A stretch of 58,676 nucleotides of DNA from a virus (IMGVR_UViG_3300050343_000144:1-58676); one strand, 5' to 3'. Shown: positions 25,731 to 38,287, numbered from the stretch's first letter. Program-made: numbers and translations. Notes: a model not told the origin generated them from the letters alone.

Positions 25731-26435
25731 ATGGCTAGAATAAAAACTTATTCGAACGACCTTACGGTCGTTGCAAAAGATAAGTGGATCGGATCAGATT
25801 CTCAAGCAAGGTGGGCTACAAAAAACTTTACAGCTCAATCTGTTGCTGACTTTATAAATGAAAGAGGAAATGATCTTCAGTCATTAAGGTTTAGGTATAA
25901 AAATACTCCGCCTAGAAGCCCAGGGACAATTTCTTTTGATCCTCACAAAGCTAATAATGTTCCGTTTTCTAGTATTGATTCTTGGATTTTAAGTAACTCA
26001 CAATTAAAGTCTCCAGAAGATATTTCTACTTTTTATTCTGCACCATTAGTAGGTTCTGATGTTTTAGTAACTCAATGTGATGATGTAGCTCAATGGGCAA
26101 TATTTGAATGGGAATCTGTAACAGCAGTTCCTAACGAAAAAACATTTTCAAACATAGATTTATTTTACAAGGTAGGTAACGGAGGCTTAATTAATGATGA
26201 AGATTATTTCATATCTTTGCTTAGTTACGCAGGGACAGGTGATTTACACTTTACTTATGTACAAGGAGTTCCTTCTACAAGCTGGAATATACAGCATAAT
26301 TTAGGAAAGTTTCCTTCTATAACAGTAATTGATAGTGCAGGGACAGTTGTAACTGGGCAATATACATATAACGACATAAACAATGTGACATTAACATTTT
26401 CAGCGCCGTTTGCTGGAACAGCATATTTAAATTAA
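25731..26435 (+). CDS. Virion structural/fibre-associated protein
   Basis: C-terminal WNIQHNLGKFPSITVID...GTAYLN; TAACTTTG promoter at 25702. Confidence 0.65.
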   Translation: MARIKTYSNDLTVVAKDKWIGSDSQARWATKNFTAQSVADFINERGNDLQSLRFRYKNTPPRSPGTISFDPHKANNVPFSSIDSWILSNSQLKSPEDISTFYSAPLVGSDVLVTQCDDVAQWAIFEWESVTAVPNEKTFSNIDLFYKVGNGGLINDEDYFISLLSYAGTGDLHFTYVQGVPSTSWNIQHNLGKFPSITVIDSAGTVVTGQYTYNDINNVTLTFSAPFAGTAYLN

Positions 26436-26441
26436 AAAACT

Positions 26442-28058
26442 ATGGCAATACAATATTTAAACACAGTTGATCTTAATCAGAATCAATTAAACCAGGCGGT
26501 TATACAAAATGTAGCCACTGATCCTGCAACAGGTGTAGTTGGTCAAATTATATTCAACACATCTGCTGATACATTAAAGCAGTATGTTGCTGATACTCAA
26601 AACCCACCAGTGCCAGCTTCTCCAACACCAGGTTGGATTGAGGTAGGTGCTACAAGTGCGGTTGAGTCTATTGATACTACAAACGGTACATTTATAAATC
26701 TTACGCCAACAGCAAGAACAACAGGTAATGTTGTTATAACTGCTGACTTGTCTGCTACAGGAACTGCAAGCAATACAACTTTTTTAAGAGGTGATAATTC
26801 TTGGGCTGTAGTTGATAATTACGTAAGCTGGACATTAGATGGTGATTCTGGAACTCCTGAATCAGTAAGTTCTGGAGAAACTGTAGATATTGCAGGAGGA
26901 TTAAAAATAACTACTGATATAGCTGCTAATAGAACTTTAAATATAGTTCACGACTTACAAACTCAAACAGATACAACATCAACAGGTTCTCCTTCTTATG
27001 GAGGAACTTTCACAACAGTTGATTCTGTTACAAGAGATACAACAGGTCACGTTACAGGAATAAATGTAAAAACAATTACATTACCTTCAACGGATGATAC
27101 AACATATGATTTAACATCTAAAGCGAACGCGTCAAGCGGTGCTGATATTGATTTAACAGATAACGATGGAAATGTAGATACCGTTACACTTATCGGTACA
27201 GCTGGTGAAATTGTAGTTGAACAATCAGCAACAGCAGGAACAATAGCTATAAGTCAGCCTTCTGATGTTACAATTGGAAATGACTTACAAGTAGATAACG
27301 ATGCAACTGTAGACGGTAGTTTAACTGTTGTAGGTACAGGTGATTTTACAGGGGAGGTAACAGTTCCAACTGCAACAGCAGGAACAAGCGCACCTAACTT
27401 AGCTCAAGTAGAATTACTTGTCCAAGGAGTTGGTGTATTTCAAGGAGGTTATAACGCCACTACTGATCCAGGAGTTCCAGTTATAAGTGGAGCTTCAAAC
27501 ATAGCTTTAGATCAAGGTGATTACTATGTAGTTACACACGATGGTGATATAACATTTAGCGACACTACAGTTTCTGTAGAGGTTGGTGATTTTATATTTG
27601 CTGCCGCAGCGATTACCGCAGCATCAGATCCAGCATCGACAGAATATACTTTTGTTATAGCAGATGCAAACGTAGCAGGAGCAGGAGCAACAGATGGAGC
27701 TACTGAAAAAGGTGTAGCAGGTTTTGATTCAGCAAGCTTTACAGTATCTTCAACAGGTTGGGTACAATTAAAGCCTCAATCAAATCCTTACGGAGCTAAA
27801 CAAGATTTAAATAATACATCTCCTTGTTCAAGAGCAGAGTCTGGTGGACTAACAACATTTACAATTGATTTAACAGACGCAAGTCTTTTTGGAACAAGTG
27901 CATTAGCCGCAAACGTAAAAGCTGAAATAACTCAAATAGCCGCACCTTATGAAACAGTGTATGCTGATGTAGCAAGAAGTGGATCAGGAACAATATCTTT
28001 TGCTTTCACAGGAAGTGTAGCAAGCGATGTTTACGCTGCTCTACTTGTATATGTATAA
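26442..28058 (+). CDS. Fibre protein (T/G/A/D-rich)
   Basis: Beta-rich composition with TTFLRGD and FQGGYNATT fibre motifs. Confidence 0.7.
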   Translation: MAIQYLNTVDLNQNQLNQAVIQNVATDPATGVVGQIIFNTSADTLKQYVADTQNPPVPASPTPGWIEVGATSAVESIDTTNGTFINLTPTARTTGNVVITADLSATGTASNTTFLRGDNSWAVVDNYVSWTLDGDSGTPESVSSGETVDIAGGLKITTDIAANRTLNIVHDLQTQTDTTSTGSPSYGGTFTTVDSVTRDTTGHVTGINVKTITLPSTDDTTYDLTSKANASSGADIDLTDNDGNVDTVTLIGTAGEIVVEQSATAGTIAISQPSDVTIGNDLQVDNDATVDGSLTVVGTGDFTGEVTVPTATAGTSAPNLAQVELLVQGVGVFQGGYNATTDPGVPVISGASNIALDQGDYYVVTHDGDITFSDTTVSVEVGDFIFAAAAITAASDPASTEYTFVIADANVAGAGATDGATEKGVAGFDSASFTVSSTGWVQLKPQSNPYGAKQDLNNTSPCSRAESGGLTTFTIDLTDASLFGTSALAANVKAEITQIAAPYETVYADVARSGSGTISFAFTGSVASDVYAALLVYV

Positions 28059-28080
28059 ACCAATTAATCCAATATAATAA

Positions 28081-31051
28081 ATGGCATTAAGATTTCTTAA
28101 TAGCGGGTATTTCGCAGGCAAGGTAGGTATTGGAGTAGAAGTGCCCGTTAGAAATAGCTGGAGTCGCGAGTGCTACTGACACTGGTATCACCATTAAGAA
28201 TGGTAGTGCAACTCGTCTTAGATTATTTCACAATGATAATGCAGGTGCAAGTTATTTAACTACATACCGCGGGGTTCAAGCGGCTCAACGCCTAATTATT
28301 GAATCTGGTAATGATCTTTACTTTTCAGGAGGAGGAGGGTCAGCGAATATGGTAATTAAGACCTCAGGCAACGTAGGTATTGGAACGACTACTCCAAATG
28401 CAAAACTTGATATTCAAGGAACGCAAGGGCAATTATTTTCTGTAACTGATGACTTGTCTGGAGAAATATTTGCTGTATCTGACATTTCAGGAGTACCTAT
28501 TATGACCGTTAACTCAAGCGGTGTATCTTACTTTGATGGTAACGTCGGGATCGGAAAGACTAACCCTCAGACACATCTACATATTGCAAACAGCGGGAGT
28601 TCGGCTCAATTATCTTTAGAAAGAACAGACACTTCTGATACCCTTAAATTAGTCATTGGAAGTAGTTATGGATATTTGCAAAATACGACTGGTCCATTAA
28701 GCTTAGGAACTACAGGCGGTAATCAGCAATTATATATCAAAACGAACGGCAACGTAGGGATTGATAATACTAATCCACCTCAAAAACTTACTGTAAATGG
28801 CGCGGCTTTTATAACTAATGCTTTAACATCACCAGGCTCACCAGGAAGTTACACTTATAACGGTACTGCTATTGATTATTCTAACAATAACTCGAGGTTT
28901 TGGTCTTGGGGAACTTCTACAAATCGAGGGACTTTTAAATTTATTCAATTAAGAAATAACGGTCAATTTCAAAAAACGGCTTTGATTATAGACGATGACG
29001 GCAACGTCGGAATCGGGACTACTAGTCCACCTGTTAAATTTGTTGTAAATAATGGAGTTGCAAGAACAAGTACCGCTAAAACATATTCAACATTTGTTCA
29101 CACTAATGACACTGATGATTTTAGAGTTGGATTAGCTACAGCTATAAAAGGGGGAGCAGCGTCTGCTGACAGATATATATCTATTGAAGGTGCTTCTTAC
29201 CAAGTATCTACTGATACTTTTACTAATGAAGATATAGATTTAGTTTTAAATCCAGCAGCTGGTAACGTAGGTATCGGTACGACTCTTCCTGGATTCAAAT
29301 TGGATGTTCACGGTGATAGCACCTCTGGTGTAATGTCTGTAAAAAATGCTGCCAACGCAAGAGACACGTTTAGATCTGAAAACGCAGCTGGTACAAGAAC
29401 ATTTAATATTGGAAATGACGCAAATGGACACGCTAATGTTTTAATAAGAAATTCATCAGGAATAACTACTTCTTATTTATCAGGTAGTGGGGATTCATAC
29501 TTAAACGGAGGCAACGTAGGTATAGGAACTACTTCACCTGATTTTAAATTAGACGTAGACGGAACATTTGGTGTTTCTGATTTACCCTTTAATACAGACT
29601 CAGTTTCTGTATTAGTAGCTGATGAAATAACAGGAACAGAACAAGTTGTTAATGGTAGCTTTACTACAGATACTGATTGGAACAAAAACTCTAACTGGAC
29701 TATAAGTGGAGGCACTGCGAACGCAGATGGAACAAGTAGTAGTGATATGAATCAATCCACTAACTTGCCTGCTGCTGGTGAAGTATTTAGAGTTTCATTT
29801 GAAATAACTGCAAGAACACAAGGTCAAGTAAGAATAGAATATGGCGATGCTGCTACAGACTTTTTGTCAGCTTTAGGTAAATATGAATATATACTTACAG
29901 CTACATCTACTGATAGAGTTAGAATACAATGTAACGGTAGTTTTATAGGGTCAGTAGATAATCTTTCTATAAAACAAATAACCTCTGCAAGTAATCAAAT
30001 ACAAAAAAGAGAATTAGGTACTGGTGCATTTGGACCAACACCTGTTGGGGCTTATTTACCATTAACAGCTGGGTCAGGTTCTCCTTTGACAGGTACTTTA
30101 TACGGAACATCTACAAATTACAGTGGTAGTGGAGATTACGCTGGTAGTATGACTTTAGGTACAGGAGCATCAACTCAAGAAGCTCACTTGCAAATCGGGC
30201 AAGGTAGAACAGACAGCGGTTACTCATACATTGATTTAATAGGAGATGCAACATATACAGATTACGGACTTAGAATAATTAGAAATAACGGTGGTCCTAA
30301 CACTACTTCTGCTATTACCCATAGAGGTACAGGTAATTTCTCAATCGGCGCCACTGATTCTGCTTCAATATTATTAAGAACTAATAACGTAACTGCTTTA
30401 ACTTTAAGCAACACTCAAAATGCTATTTTTGAAGGTTACGTAGGTATTGGAGTTACTGATCCTGGAGCTAATTTAGAAATACGAGGAACTGTAAATCAAG
30501 ATGACTGTAAAATATACCTAAAAGAAAATGGCACTTACGGTGCTTATTTTAAATATAACGGATCTGGAAACAGAGGTTGGATTGGAGGTATAACTAGTAC
30601 TACAACTGAAAATGCTGTTATGTCTTGGAGTAGAGATGGTACTAATTTAAAATTAATAACCTCAGGAAGTACTGCTGTTACAGTAGACTCTAATAGGGAT
30701 GTAACTTTTGCAGAAGATATAATTATTAAAGATGTTTTACTATCTAACCAAGTAAATACAGATGTAGATACAGGAGCCGAAGTAGTCGCTCAAGTAGCAC
30801 ACGCTACGTACACAGCAGCTTTCTTTGACTTTGTAATTAAGAAAGGTACAAATGTAAGGTCAGGTACAGTATATGCCTGTCACAATGGAGATACAACTCC
30901 TTTAGTAGAGTTTACAGAAACATCGACACAAGACTTAGGTGATACATCAGACGTGGTTTTAAGCGTGGATATATCAGGAACACAAATGAGATTATTAGCA
31001 ACAGTTACTTCAGATGACTGGAGTGTTAAATCATTAATAAGAGCAATATAA
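28081..31051 (+). CDS. Tail fibre with GNVGIG repeats; true start 28081, indel near 28155
   Basis: MALRFLNSGYFAGKVGIG at 28081 continues in the 28349 frame after a shift; about 8 GxVGI repeats. Confidence 0.75.
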
Positions 31052-31052
31052 T

Positions 31053-31736
31053 ATGGGATTTTATAGAGGACCAAATATAGTAACAGACGGATTAGTATTC
31101 GCAATTGATGCAGGTAGTGAGAGAAGTTACCCAGGTAGTGGCACAACAGGTACTGATTTAATAAGTTCTGAATCTATAACATTAAATAATGGTGTTGGGT
31201 TTAGCACAGATAAAGGAGGTACTTGGACTTTTGATGGATCAGATGATTACATACAAACAAGCTTTGGGCAGAATATAGTGTCTACAGGTTTTTCTGTAAA
31301 TTTTTGGTTTAATGTTACAGGTACTGCTACTTGCTTTTTTATGCAATTGTATGTCAATAATGATGCAGATACTGTTTTTAGAATAGAAAGAAATAGCGCA
31401 GGTAGTAACTCAATAGAGTTTGGGCATTCACCATCTGGAACAGGAGTAACCGATGAATTAGTAAGTACTAATTTTCCAAATGACGAATGGCAATCTTGTA
31501 CAATAGCTTACAATGGTTCAACTAAATATATCTACAGAAACGGAGCATTAGACACGTCTGTTAGTTCCTCTACTATACAATGGTATACAGGAGCAATATT
31601 AAGAATAGCTGCTCGCCAGAACGGTACGCTATTGCCTATAAACGGTAAAATGCCGTCAGTAAAAGTTTATAATAAAGCTTTATCAGCGGCGGAAATACTA
31701 CAAAATTATAACGCACAAAAATCAAGATTCTTATGA
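31053..31736 (+). CDS. LamG/concanavalin-like lectin domain protein 1
   Basis: GPNIVTDGLV..DAGS.RSYPGSG...FDGSDDY...YNKALS.AEI.QNYNA. Confidence 0.85.
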   Translation: MGFYRGPNIVTDGLVFAIDAGSERSYPGSGTTGTDLISSESITLNNGVGFSTDKGGTWTFDGSDDYIQTSFGQNIVSTGFSVNFWFNVTGTATCFFMQLYVNNDADTVFRIERNSAGSNSIEFGHSPSGTGVTDELVSTNFPNDEWQSCTIAYNGSTKYIYRNGALDTSVSSSTIQWYTGAILRIAARQNGTLLPINGKMPSVKVYNKALSAAEILQNYNAQKSRFL

Positions 31737-31975
31737 TAACATACATTACAATAAACACAGACGAACTATCTTTAGTTGATTTCAACGAAGTTATGGAAAC
31801 ATCAGAAGATACAGTTAGACTATCAGTTGATGGTTTAGAAACAGTATTAAAATGGGAGGGTGATGAACCTGCATTTGTATCAACACTAAGTTCATACGAA
31901 GGACCTTACACTCACGAAGAAATTTTAGTAATAATGGCTACTCCAGAATGGACTGACCCAAATCCACCAGAATAA
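31733..31975 (+). CDS. Small acidic fibre-associated protein
   Basis: VDFNEVMETS.DTVR.S...YTHEEIL; lies between the LamG genes. Confidence 0.65.
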   Translation: MITYITINTDELSLVDFNEVMETSEDTVRLSVDGLETVLKWEGDEPAFVSTLSSYEGPYTHEEILVIMATPEWTDPNPPE

Positions 31976-31976
31976 T

Positions 31977-33320
31977 ATGGGAGCATACGGAGGACCAGAT
32001 ATACCGACAAATGGATTAGTTTTAGCATTAGATGCTACTTCAGAAAGATCATACCCTGGAAGTGGCACAACTTGGTATGACTTAAGTGGTAAAGGAAATA
32101 ATGCTACATTGAATAATGGAACATCTTGGAATTCATCAGGGTATATGTCAACAGATGGTATTGATGATTATATTTCAATTCCAAATGATTCTTCACTACA
32201 AGTAACCACAGGCTTTACTCAAGTGATTTGGGTTAAGCTTAATAATATAACAGCTAGTGGTTATGCACAATTATTTGGTAAACCAGGTTATACAAAATAT
32301 GGTATGATTGTAGAATGGTATGGTGGAAATCCAATATTATTTGACTTTGCTAATTCATCAGGTAGAAATACCGCAACAATAATGGCTGGTTCTGGATCTT
32401 GGATAATGGTTGCTCAATCTTACAATGCAGCTGGGGGTTCTAACAATAGAATATGCAATATAAGAGGTGGAGTTACAAATACAGCTGTACAAACAAAAAC
32501 AGGAAATGTACTTACAGATTCAAGTGATATGGCTATAGGAGGACCTCGTTCAGAAGCAGATTTTGGTTTAGCTTTATTATACAATAGAGGTCTTACTCAA
32601 GCGGAGTTAGATCAAATATATAACGCACAAAAAAAACAGATTTTTATAATGTATACAGGACCTCACATAGTAACAGACGGATTAGTGTTTGCAGTTGATG
32701 CGGGCAGCGAAAGAAGTTATGCTGGAACAGGTACAACTTGGAAAGACTTAAGTGCAACTGGTATTAACGGCACTTTGACTAATGGACCTACTTTTAATTC
32801 ATCAAATGGAGGAAGTTTTTTATTTGATAACACAGATGATTATGTTAGCTTAGGAGCAAGCAGCGAATTGTCTATTACAAACCAAATATCTGTATTTTCT
32901 TGGGTAAAAGTAAATACGTTTTCCGCTTGGGATGGTGTTTTTGGCGCATATGATGGAGGGAATTTTATTCATTTTCAATTATCTTACGGTAGGTTAAGTG
33001 TTTATGTCTATGGACCAAATGCTGGGTATGGATCGTTAGATTCTGGATATGATCAGCTAACAGCGGGAGAATGGTCTAATATCGGTTTTACTTTCGGGAG
33101 TCAGACATTAACAGTATATTTAAATGGTGTTGCGATGCCTACAACCGTGACGGGATCAAGTGCAGACATCAATGGAACATCTGAAATGTCTATAGGAAGG
33201 GTTTATAGTGGGTCTCGATATTTTGGAGGTAATTTAGCTAATACTATGGTTTATAACAAAGCTCTTTCTCAGGCAGAAGTAACGCAAAACTATAACGCAG
33301 AAAAATCAAGATTCTTATAA
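31977..33320 (+). CDS. Two LamG-domain genes apparently fused by an extra A at 32629-32636
   Basis: Removing one A gives YNAQKNRFL-stop with TAATG restart MYTGPHIVTDGLV, matching the paralog ends. Confidence 0.75.
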   Translation: MGAYGGPDIPTNGLVLALDATSERSYPGSGTTWYDLSGKGNNATLNNGTSWNSSGYMSTDGIDDYISIPNDSSLQVTTGFTQVIWVKLNNITASGYAQLFGKPGYTKYGMIVEWYGGNPILFDFANSSGRNTATIMAGSGSWIMVAQSYNAAGGSNNRICNIRGGVTNTAVQTKTGNVLTDSSDMAIGGPRSEADFGLALLYNRGLTQAELDQIYNAQKKQIFIMYTGPHIVTDGLVFAVDAGSERSYAGTGTTWKDLSATGINGTLTNGPTFNSSNGGSFLFDNTDDYVSLGASSELSITNQISVFSWVKVNTFSAWDGVFGAYDGGNFIHFQLSYGRLSVYVYGPNAGYGSLDSGYDQLTAGEWSNIGFTFGSQTLTVYLNGVAMPTTVTGSSADINGTSEMSIGRVYSGSRYFGGNLANTMVYNKALSQAEVTQNYNAEKSRFL

Positions 33321-33355
33321 CTAAAAAATAACCTGGAAAATGAAGGGTAAAAAAT

Positions 33356-36300
33356 ATGGCAAACGAATTTAAAATAAGGAAAGGACTAATTGTAGAAGGC
33401 GCTTCAGGTGGTACTGTAGTAGACGTTCAAGGATCACAAGGTCAACTTTTCTCAGTAACAGACGATCTAAGCGGATCTATATTCGCAGTATCAGATATAT
33501 CAGGTGTACCAATACTTGATATCAACTCAAGTGGAATATCTTACTTTGATGGGAGTGTAGGAATAGGTATAGATAACCCTAATAGTAAACTACACGTTTT
33601 AGATGGAGTAGCTGGTACTTATACTCCCGATAGTGAATCAGATACTTTAGTTATTGAATCAGATACACCAGGAGGTATATCATTAATAGGAACAGGTGCA
33701 GGGTCAAATTCTAAGCAATCTATAGTTTTTGGAACAACAAGTGACGTAACCAGTGCGAGGATTATTTACAATAGTAATGACAGTGTTCTTAGCATAGGTA
33801 CTACAACAGCTAGCAATTATTTAAAACTTCTATCTGGAAACGGCGTAACTGCTTTAACTTTAGACGCGTCTCAAAATGCTATTTTTACAGGCGACGTTGG
33901 TATCGGGATTACAAACCCATATTCTGTTTTAGATGTCAATTCAGCCATATCCAGCTCTTCGGTAGATGTAATTACGTTGACTCAAGCTACTAATGGTAAT
34001 GATAAACCAGCGGCTTCGTTTGGTCTGTCTATTCAAAACGGTGGAGAAACAACAAATGCAGCCGATCTCTGGTTTACAACTGCAACTGGTGGTTCTTTAA
34101 CTGAAAAAATGCGTATTAGTTCTGCTGGAGCTATTAAATTCAACGCTTACGGCGCAGGTACTTTAGTGTCAGATGCTTCAGGTAATATTACAGTTTCAAG
34201 TGGCGGTGGTGCTGGAGGTCCTTATTTACCGCTTGCTGGTGGTACAATGACTGGTAATGTAATTTTTCCAGGAGAAGAAGCTAATAGTTTTAAAATAGCT
34301 TTTACTGGAGCATCTGCAAGTTCAGGTATATCTACAGTAGATCAAAGTGGAGCAGGTTTATATATAGGAGCAAACTCAAGAGTAAATAATTCTGGTAATG
34401 TTGTTTATCACGATTCTGCATTACCAAGTAGTGGTATATATTTTGACGGATGGAATGGTGATGATATGGAGTTTTATACAGGATCTTCTGGTAACCCTAC
34501 CAAAAGGTTAACTATTGAAGCAGGAGGTAATGCTATTTTCACAGGTAACGTTGGAATTAACGTAACAAATCCTGGAGTAAAACTTCAATTAGTATCTGCA
34601 GATGAACAGTTAACTAATTTTTCAAGTTCAGTAGCAGATCAACTTGCATATTCTCAAATAAACGCAAGCACAAGTACTTCTGGTACAATTACAGGAGCAG
34701 CTGCTTTAGAATTAGTAGGTAAAGCTAATGCGTCAGGACACGGAAGACACGCTTGGATTGGAGCAGAGGGAACATCTAACACAACACTTTTAACTAAATT
34801 AAAGTTTAAAGTAAGAGGGCAAACAGCAAGTGGCTATGATTGGGCAGGCGCAGCCGAAGCACCTACTATTATGACTTTAGAAGGTGACGGTAACGTAGGG
34901 ATTGGGACGACTGACCCACCTCAAAAACTTAGCCTTTTTGCAGGAACAAACGAAAGCGTTTATGATGTTCTTGGAGTTTATAATTCCGTAACAGGAACTA
35001 CAGCTATGAATAAGGGGGCGGCTATAAGAATAGGTAAAGATATAGACGGTAATTATTCTACAAAAATAGCTACAATATATGAAGGAAACAATCCAAGCTT
35101 TTTACAACCCGCATTAGCATTTTATACAATGCATAACACCTATCTAAAAGATAGTGAAACCGAGAAAATGCGTATATCTTCAAACGGTAACGTCGGTATA
35201 GGATTTACCGCTCCAGGCTCTACTCCTTTATCAACTATGAAATTATCTGTTGATGGTAATGTTTATTTTTCAGGAGATTTAGGTATAGGGACTACTAGTC
35301 CTGGCGCACCTTTAAGTGTAGTTGGAAGCTATTCATCAAGTGATGAAATTATAGAAATAGGAGGTGGAACTGGGGCTAATACAGATTTTAAATTGAAAAT
35401 AGGAGCAGTTGACCAAGATTATATTTGGTTTCAATCTGTAAAACCTGGAGACAATTATTATGATTTAGTTTTTAATCCATCAGGCGGAAACGTAGGTATA
35501 GGTTATGCAACACCCAACTATAGTCTAGAAATAGAAAGCAACAATTCTGCTGGTAGAGCTAGGGTGTATGCCGATGGAAATGGTGCTGTGTTTTCTGCAA
35601 ATGGAGATGTTCAGTTTTTTACTAATAATGCTGCGTATGCTACAAGCTTTTATTCCGCTAACAAAGGTAGTGTAAATATGCGTATTCTGGATAATGGTAA
35701 CGTAGGTATAGGGACTACTAGTCCTGGTGCTAAGTTAGAAGTTCATAAAGACACCCCTTATGGTGCATATGGTCCAACACCAGCTCAATTAAACTTAAGA
35801 AATACAAGCACTGAAGGAACAGCTGGTTTTATACAGTTAAGTGCTTATTACGGTAATGGTGGAGCAAGTGACTATTACCAAGTAGGAGGTATGGGTGGAG
35901 GTAAAGAAACCGCAGCTGGTAGTGGGTGGGGTGGCTACTTATCGTTCTGGACAACTTCAGATGGTACGGCGGGAGCTGCCTCTGGTATGTTTGAACATAT
36001 GAGAATTACAGCAGACGGTAACGTCGGGATCGGTACAACAACACCTAACGCTAAACTTGACGTACAAGGAACACAAGGTCAGTTATTCTCAGTTACAGAT
36101 GATTTATCTGGTGATATATTCTCAGTTGCTGATATATCTGGTGTACCTATAATGAACGTCAACTCTGATGGAACATCTTACTTTGATGGAAACGTCGGGA
36201 TCGGGACGGATAGTCCTGATTCTAAGCTAGATGTAAAAGGACCATCAGCAACACCTGCTGACGGAAACCAAACACTTTCAATTACAAATTCAACAGGAGG

Positions 36301-37501
36301 AACGCAGTTGAATTTAGGTACTGCTGAAAATTCTTATGGATGGATAGAAGCAAGAGAAGGAAGTACTCTTAGAAATTTATTAATCAATCCTAATGGCGGC
36401 AACGTCGGGATCGGGGTAACTAATCCTGTAGCAGCATTAAACATAGGAAACAATGGAAATATAAGGATAGACGGTAATACTAGCGGTGGTGGAATATATG
36501 CCTCTAGCAATGGAAGTAATAATACTTTTTCTCTTACAAGACAAGATGGAGTAAATGTTGGAGATTTATCAATATCGGGTTATTCTGGAGTTGGTATTAC
36601 TGGCGGAAGAACTAGTTCTCCCGCAACTTCTGGATATTCTTTTTATGTTAAAAGCGACGGCAACGTCGGGATTGGAACGGCTAGTCCTGATTATAAGCTT
36701 GAAGTAAATGGTACGTTAGGAGTAAATAGAACTGATGGTATTATTTTTGCAGGTAGTGCAGGATCAGGTTATGGGAACAAAATAACTGCAGATGCAAGTA
36801 ACGACCTTATTTTTAGCACGTCTCTACCGAGCGCTCCATATACTGTTTCCCAAAGAATGCGTATTGCAAATAATGGGGACATAGGGATTGGAGGAAATGC
36901 TCCTTCATATTTATTAGATGTTAGAGACGGAACTGCGAGTGGTGCAATTGCAAGATTTTCTTCTATTAACGCTCACGTTATAATTGAATCAAGTACAGCA
37001 GGACCTGCTGTTTTACATTTTAAACCAAATGCAACAGGTAATAAATCTGGTCAATTTAAAGTAACAGCTGGAAATGGCTATAATTTTAGATGGAGTAATG
37101 ATGCTGCTGGTACATCAGAGGTTACTTATATGACACTTGATACAAGTACTACAGGTGGGGGAGACTTAACAGTGAAAGGAGATGTAATAGCATATGGTTC
37201 ACCATCTGATGTTAGATTAAAAGAAAATATTAAACCTATTAAATCAGCTTTAGATAAAGTAAGAAAAACTACAAGGCGTAACATTTGATTGGAAAAAATC
37301 TGATAGTATATTAGATATAAAAGAAGATGTAGGTTTTATAGCTCAAGATGTACAAAAAGTCATGCCAGAGCTTGTAAGAGAAAACAAAGACGGTATGCTT
37401 TCAATGAGACATCAAGGTATAGCACCAATATTGCTTGAGGCAATAAAAGAATTAAAAGCTGAAATAGAGGAATTAAAAATAAATGTAATTGTAATAAGTA
37501 A
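33356..37501 (+). CDS. Long tail fibre with GNVGIG repeats and C-terminal peptidase S74 chaperone (indels near 37262 and 37480)
   Basis: About 13 repeats; SDVRLKENIKPI..ALDKV / GVTFDW..GFIAQDV.KVMPELV..LLEAIKEL. Confidence 0.85.
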
Positions 37502-37965
37502 TGGCAGTACCAACTTCAGGAGCATTATCGATGGAGTCTATAGCGCAAGAAGCGTTATATGGCACTTGGGGTTCAGGAACTATAACTGGACCAATATCTA
37601 TGTATGATATGATAAATGGTGGAAACTCTCACGGTTCTGGTAATTCATACCCTACAGTAAACGATGACTGTACACCTAATCCAGTTGATAGATCTTATTA
37701 CCAAATTACTCTAACAGAAGCTACTTATCCTTCTACCCCAAATGTTACTGTTTACACAACAAGAAACCCTATTACAGGTTTAACAACAAATGATGTTTTA
37801 TATGATTATGTAAATGGATCATATACAGCCTGGACAGGTGCTTCACAAACTAATGATTATTGGATATGGAGTCAAGGAACGTTCTTTAATAATTGTACAG
37901 ACTGTCCAATTATTACAGTTAATTCATCTGGGGTAATAACTTCTACTGGTTGTTCTTGTCCTTAA
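37501..37965 (+). CDS. Fibre-associated protein
   Basis: MAVPTSGALSM start, typical downstream of S74 fibres; Cys-rich end. Confidence 0.65.
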   Translation: MAVPTSGALSMESIAQEALYGTWGSGTITGPISMYDMINGGNSHGSGNSYPTVNDDCTPNPVDRSYYQITLTEATYPSTPNVTVYTTRNPITGLTTNDVLYDYVNGSYTAWTGASQTNDYWIWSQGTFFNNCTDCPIITVNSSGVITSTGCSCP

Positions 37966-37975
37966 AATTTAAATT

Positions 37976-38287
37976 ATGCCTATAGCTTATCCATATAGAT
38001 TTTCAGATTGGTACGGTTACGATAAAGACTGTGCAACATTAACATCATTTAGTTCTGGTTCAGGACAAACCGACGTAAAGTTTATATGTACGCAAATTGT
38101 GAATACAACTAAGTATCACGATGGTTCAGGTACAAGCCCTCAAGTAAATGATAATGTTTATGACAATGCTGCAGGAACAACAGCAACTTTCAATGGATAC
38201 TATACGGTTGGAAGCGGTAGCAATATATTTTCTTATTATAGAGTAGTAAGCGGTGTTTGTACATCTGTTGGATTGTGCGCTCCATAA
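37976..38287 (+). CDS. Cys-containing fibre-associated protein
   Basis: FSDWYGYD..C...YHDG..VYD...GYY...C. Confidence 0.65.
   Translation: MPIAYPYRFSDWYGYDKDCATLTSFSSGSGQTDVKFICTQIVNTTKYHDGSGTSPQVNDNVYDNAAGTTATFNGYYTVGSGSNIFSYYRVVSGVCTSVGLCAP

Noticed and set aside
28081-37501. Diversity-generating retroelement or invertible shufflon acting on the fibres
   Set aside because: No reverse transcriptase or site-specific recombinase in the window; repeats are direct and differ at all bases rather than only at adenines
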